A stretch of 49,326 nucleotides of DNA, taken from sequence record DRR723986_10545; one strand, 5' to 3'. Positions within the stretch are counted from its first letter, which is position 1. Every line of letters starts with the position of its first letter. A model generated the notes under the pieces. The model searched no databases. It was not told where the DNA came from and was given only the letters and a program-made list of their open reading frames with translations. The translations under genes and the position numbers were made by a program. Positions 47,844 through 49,326 of this stretch are shown piece after piece.

Positions 47844-48065
47844 ATGTCAAGATTTGAATCTAACGCAACGGTTGAAAATTATAAAAACACCAAAACCAAA
47901 AAATCTGCTTTAAAAACAAAAGTCTCTGCAGCATTAACTCTGTTGGGTCTATCTGGCCTTGTGACATTATCCTATTTAAATGATAATATTTTTATTGAGC
48001 ATATAGCCGTAAGTGCATTTATAATATCATGCATAGCTATAATTAAACTCATGGAAACTAAATAA
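47844..48065 (+). CDS. Small hypothetical membrane protein (73 aa, two TM helices)
   Basis: ATG after A-rich leader, basic N-terminus, two hydrophobic segments; first gene divergent from the LysR. Confidence 0.6.
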   Translation: MSRFESNATVENYKNTKTKKSALKTKVSAALTLLGLSGLVTLSYLNDNIFIEHIAVSAFIISCIAIIKLMETK

Positions 48066-48106
48066 AAAGCAAAATAAAATCTTAAACCATATTAAACCTA
48101 TTAAAA

Positions 48107-48418
48107 ATGTCAAACACAAAAACACAAACAAACGTAAAAGAAGCAAAGCAATCTGTACAATTAGTAGAAGGATTATTTACTCCTTCAGAAGCTTCACATA
48201 TAGTAAATGTTTTAATTGAACAAAAAGTTAATTTCCATAAACTACAAAAACTTAGAATGTGTGAAGGAAATGAAGATTCTGATACCACTTATGAAAATTG
48301 CCGTATAGAAGACCTTTTAAAAGAAAAACAAATTGCCAAAGACTACATTTCTATTGCACGCAAAGAAGGATATAACGTAGTAATAAATGGCACTCTAGAT
48401 ATCTCATTTGTAAAATAG
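48107..48418 (+). CDS. Hypothetical cytoplasmic protein (103 aa)
   Basis: Clean ORF with A-rich leader; LVEGLFTPSEA..KVNFHKLQ..RIEDL pattern recalled from flavobacterial hypotheticals. Confidence 0.72.
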   Translation: MSNTKTQTNVKEAKQSVQLVEGLFTPSEASHIVNVLIEQKVNFHKLQKLRMCEGNEDSDTTYENCRIEDLLKEKQIAKDYISIARKEGYNVVINGTLDISFVK

Positions 48419-48451
48419 TAGCACTATTTAATTGAGTTAAATAAAAATTTA

Positions 48452-49326
48452 ATGGATTTACATTTATTAGTTGATAATTTAACAAATCCAGCTCTTCTTT
48501 TCTTTTTTCTTGGAATAATAGCGGTACAACTAAAGAGTGATTTAGAAATACCACCAAATTCTTCGAAATTTATTTCGCTTTACCTATTGTTATCTATTGG
48601 TTTTAAAGGCGGACAAGAGCTTTCTCATAGCGACCTTAATTTGGAAATAATTTGGTCGCTTTTGTTTGGAATTGTTTTAGCGGTGATTGTACCGATTTAC
48701 ACGTATTTTATTCTAAGACGAAAGTTTACTGTTGCAAATGCAGGAGCTATTGCCGCTTCTTTCGGATCTGTGAGTGCCGTAACATTTGTAACTGCTATTT
48801 CGTTCTTAGAAATTGAACGAATAACCTTTGGTGGTCATATGGTTGCTGTTATGGCATTGATGGAAGCACCATCTATCATTGTTGGCTTGTTATTAATATC
48901 TATCTATGATAAAGATAACCCTGTTAAAATATCAATGGGCAAAGTTGTAAAGCATGCACTGACTAATGGAAGTGTTTTACTGATTTTAGGGAGTTTAGTT
49001 GTTGGCTTTTTAGCAAGTGAACAACAAGCTGAAGGTATTAAACCATTTACAACTGATATTTTTAAGGGCTTTTTGGCAGTATTCTTATTGGATATGGGAA
49101 TTACCAGTGGTAAAAAACTCTCTTCATTTTTAAACAAGGGTTGGTTTGCGTTGCTTTTTGCTGTTATAATACCAATAATTAATGGAGTTATTGTAGCATA
49201 TATCACGTCCGTTTTTACCTCTAGTGAGGGTAATAGATTACTATTTGCGATACTAGCGGCTAGTGCTTCTTACATTGCTGTACCAGCAGCTATGCGTTTA
49301 GCAGCTGCTAAAGCGAATCCAAGTTT
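48452..49326 (+). CDS. sbtA: SbtA-family sodium-dependent bicarbonate transporter (partial, runs off the window; absent from the ORF track)
   Basis: Hand translation MDLHLLVDNLTNPALLFFFLG..KSDLEIP..SIGFKGG..FGSVSAVTF..MEAPSI..DMG..ASASYIAVPAAMR. Confidence 0.88.
   Translation, partial: MDLHLLVDNLTNPALLFFFLGIIAVQLKSDLEIPPNSSKFISLYLLLSIGFKGGQELSHSDLNLEIIWSLLFGIVLAVIVPIYTYFILRRKFTVANAGAIAASFGSVSAVTFVTAISFLEIERITFGGHMVAVMALMEAPSIIVGLLLISIYDKDNPVKISMGKVVKHALTNGSVLLILGSLVVGFLASEQQAEGIKPFTTDIFKGFLAVFLLDMGITSGKKLSSFLNKGWFALLFAVIIPIINGVIVAYITSVFTSSEGNRLLFAILAASASYIAVPAAMRLAAAKANPS

Noticed and set aside
790-49206. Other short ORF-track entries nested in or antisense to long genes (e.g. 3706, 6792, 8088, 24794, 32071, 38429, 45151, 48904)
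   Set aside because: They overlap well-supported genes and have no motifs or independent start signals
1-49326. tRNA, rRNA, CRISPR arrays, IS elements, prophage, riboswitches
   Set aside because: Intergenic gaps are short and AT-rich; I saw no cloverleaf, spaced repeats, transposase, integrase or recognisable aptamer by eye (an Infernal/Rfam scan would be decisive)

Overview
AT-rich chromosomal window from a Bacteroidota bacterium, most likely a marine Flavobacteriaceae member (inferred from gene content and repeated TAnnTTTG -7 promoter boxes). It is mostly core genome: bcp, nth, an ECF sigma factor, uvrA, a Wzx/GT4/YfhO envelope-glycosylation cluster, oligopeptidase B, ybaB, ltaE, prfB (programmed +1 frameshift), a LytS/LytTR pair, a TonB-dependent-type receptor, two zinc metalloproteases, an acs/ActP-like acetate module and a CbbR-like LysR facing a partial SbtA bicarbonate transporter. 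I see no rRNA, tRNA, CRISPR array, IS or prophage. Most interesting: (1) a sulfonolipid (capnine) locus, capA-capB, next to a GNAT resembling bacterial ceramide synthase and a COG4313-like outer-membrane barrel, which are candidates for the N-acylation and transport steps; (2) two paralogous secreted repeat proteins, each behind a sigma54-type -24/-12 promoter with an identically spaced upstream box; (3) a DUF294 nucleotidyltransferase and DEDDh exonuclease pair, each broken by an in-frame TAA, near an intact acetate module; (4) a cysteine-free endonuclease III; (5) an unannotated 47-aa ORF after the ECF sigma factor; (6) a prfB frameshift site without the usual SD stimulator. All family assignments come from motif recognition and recall, not database searches.
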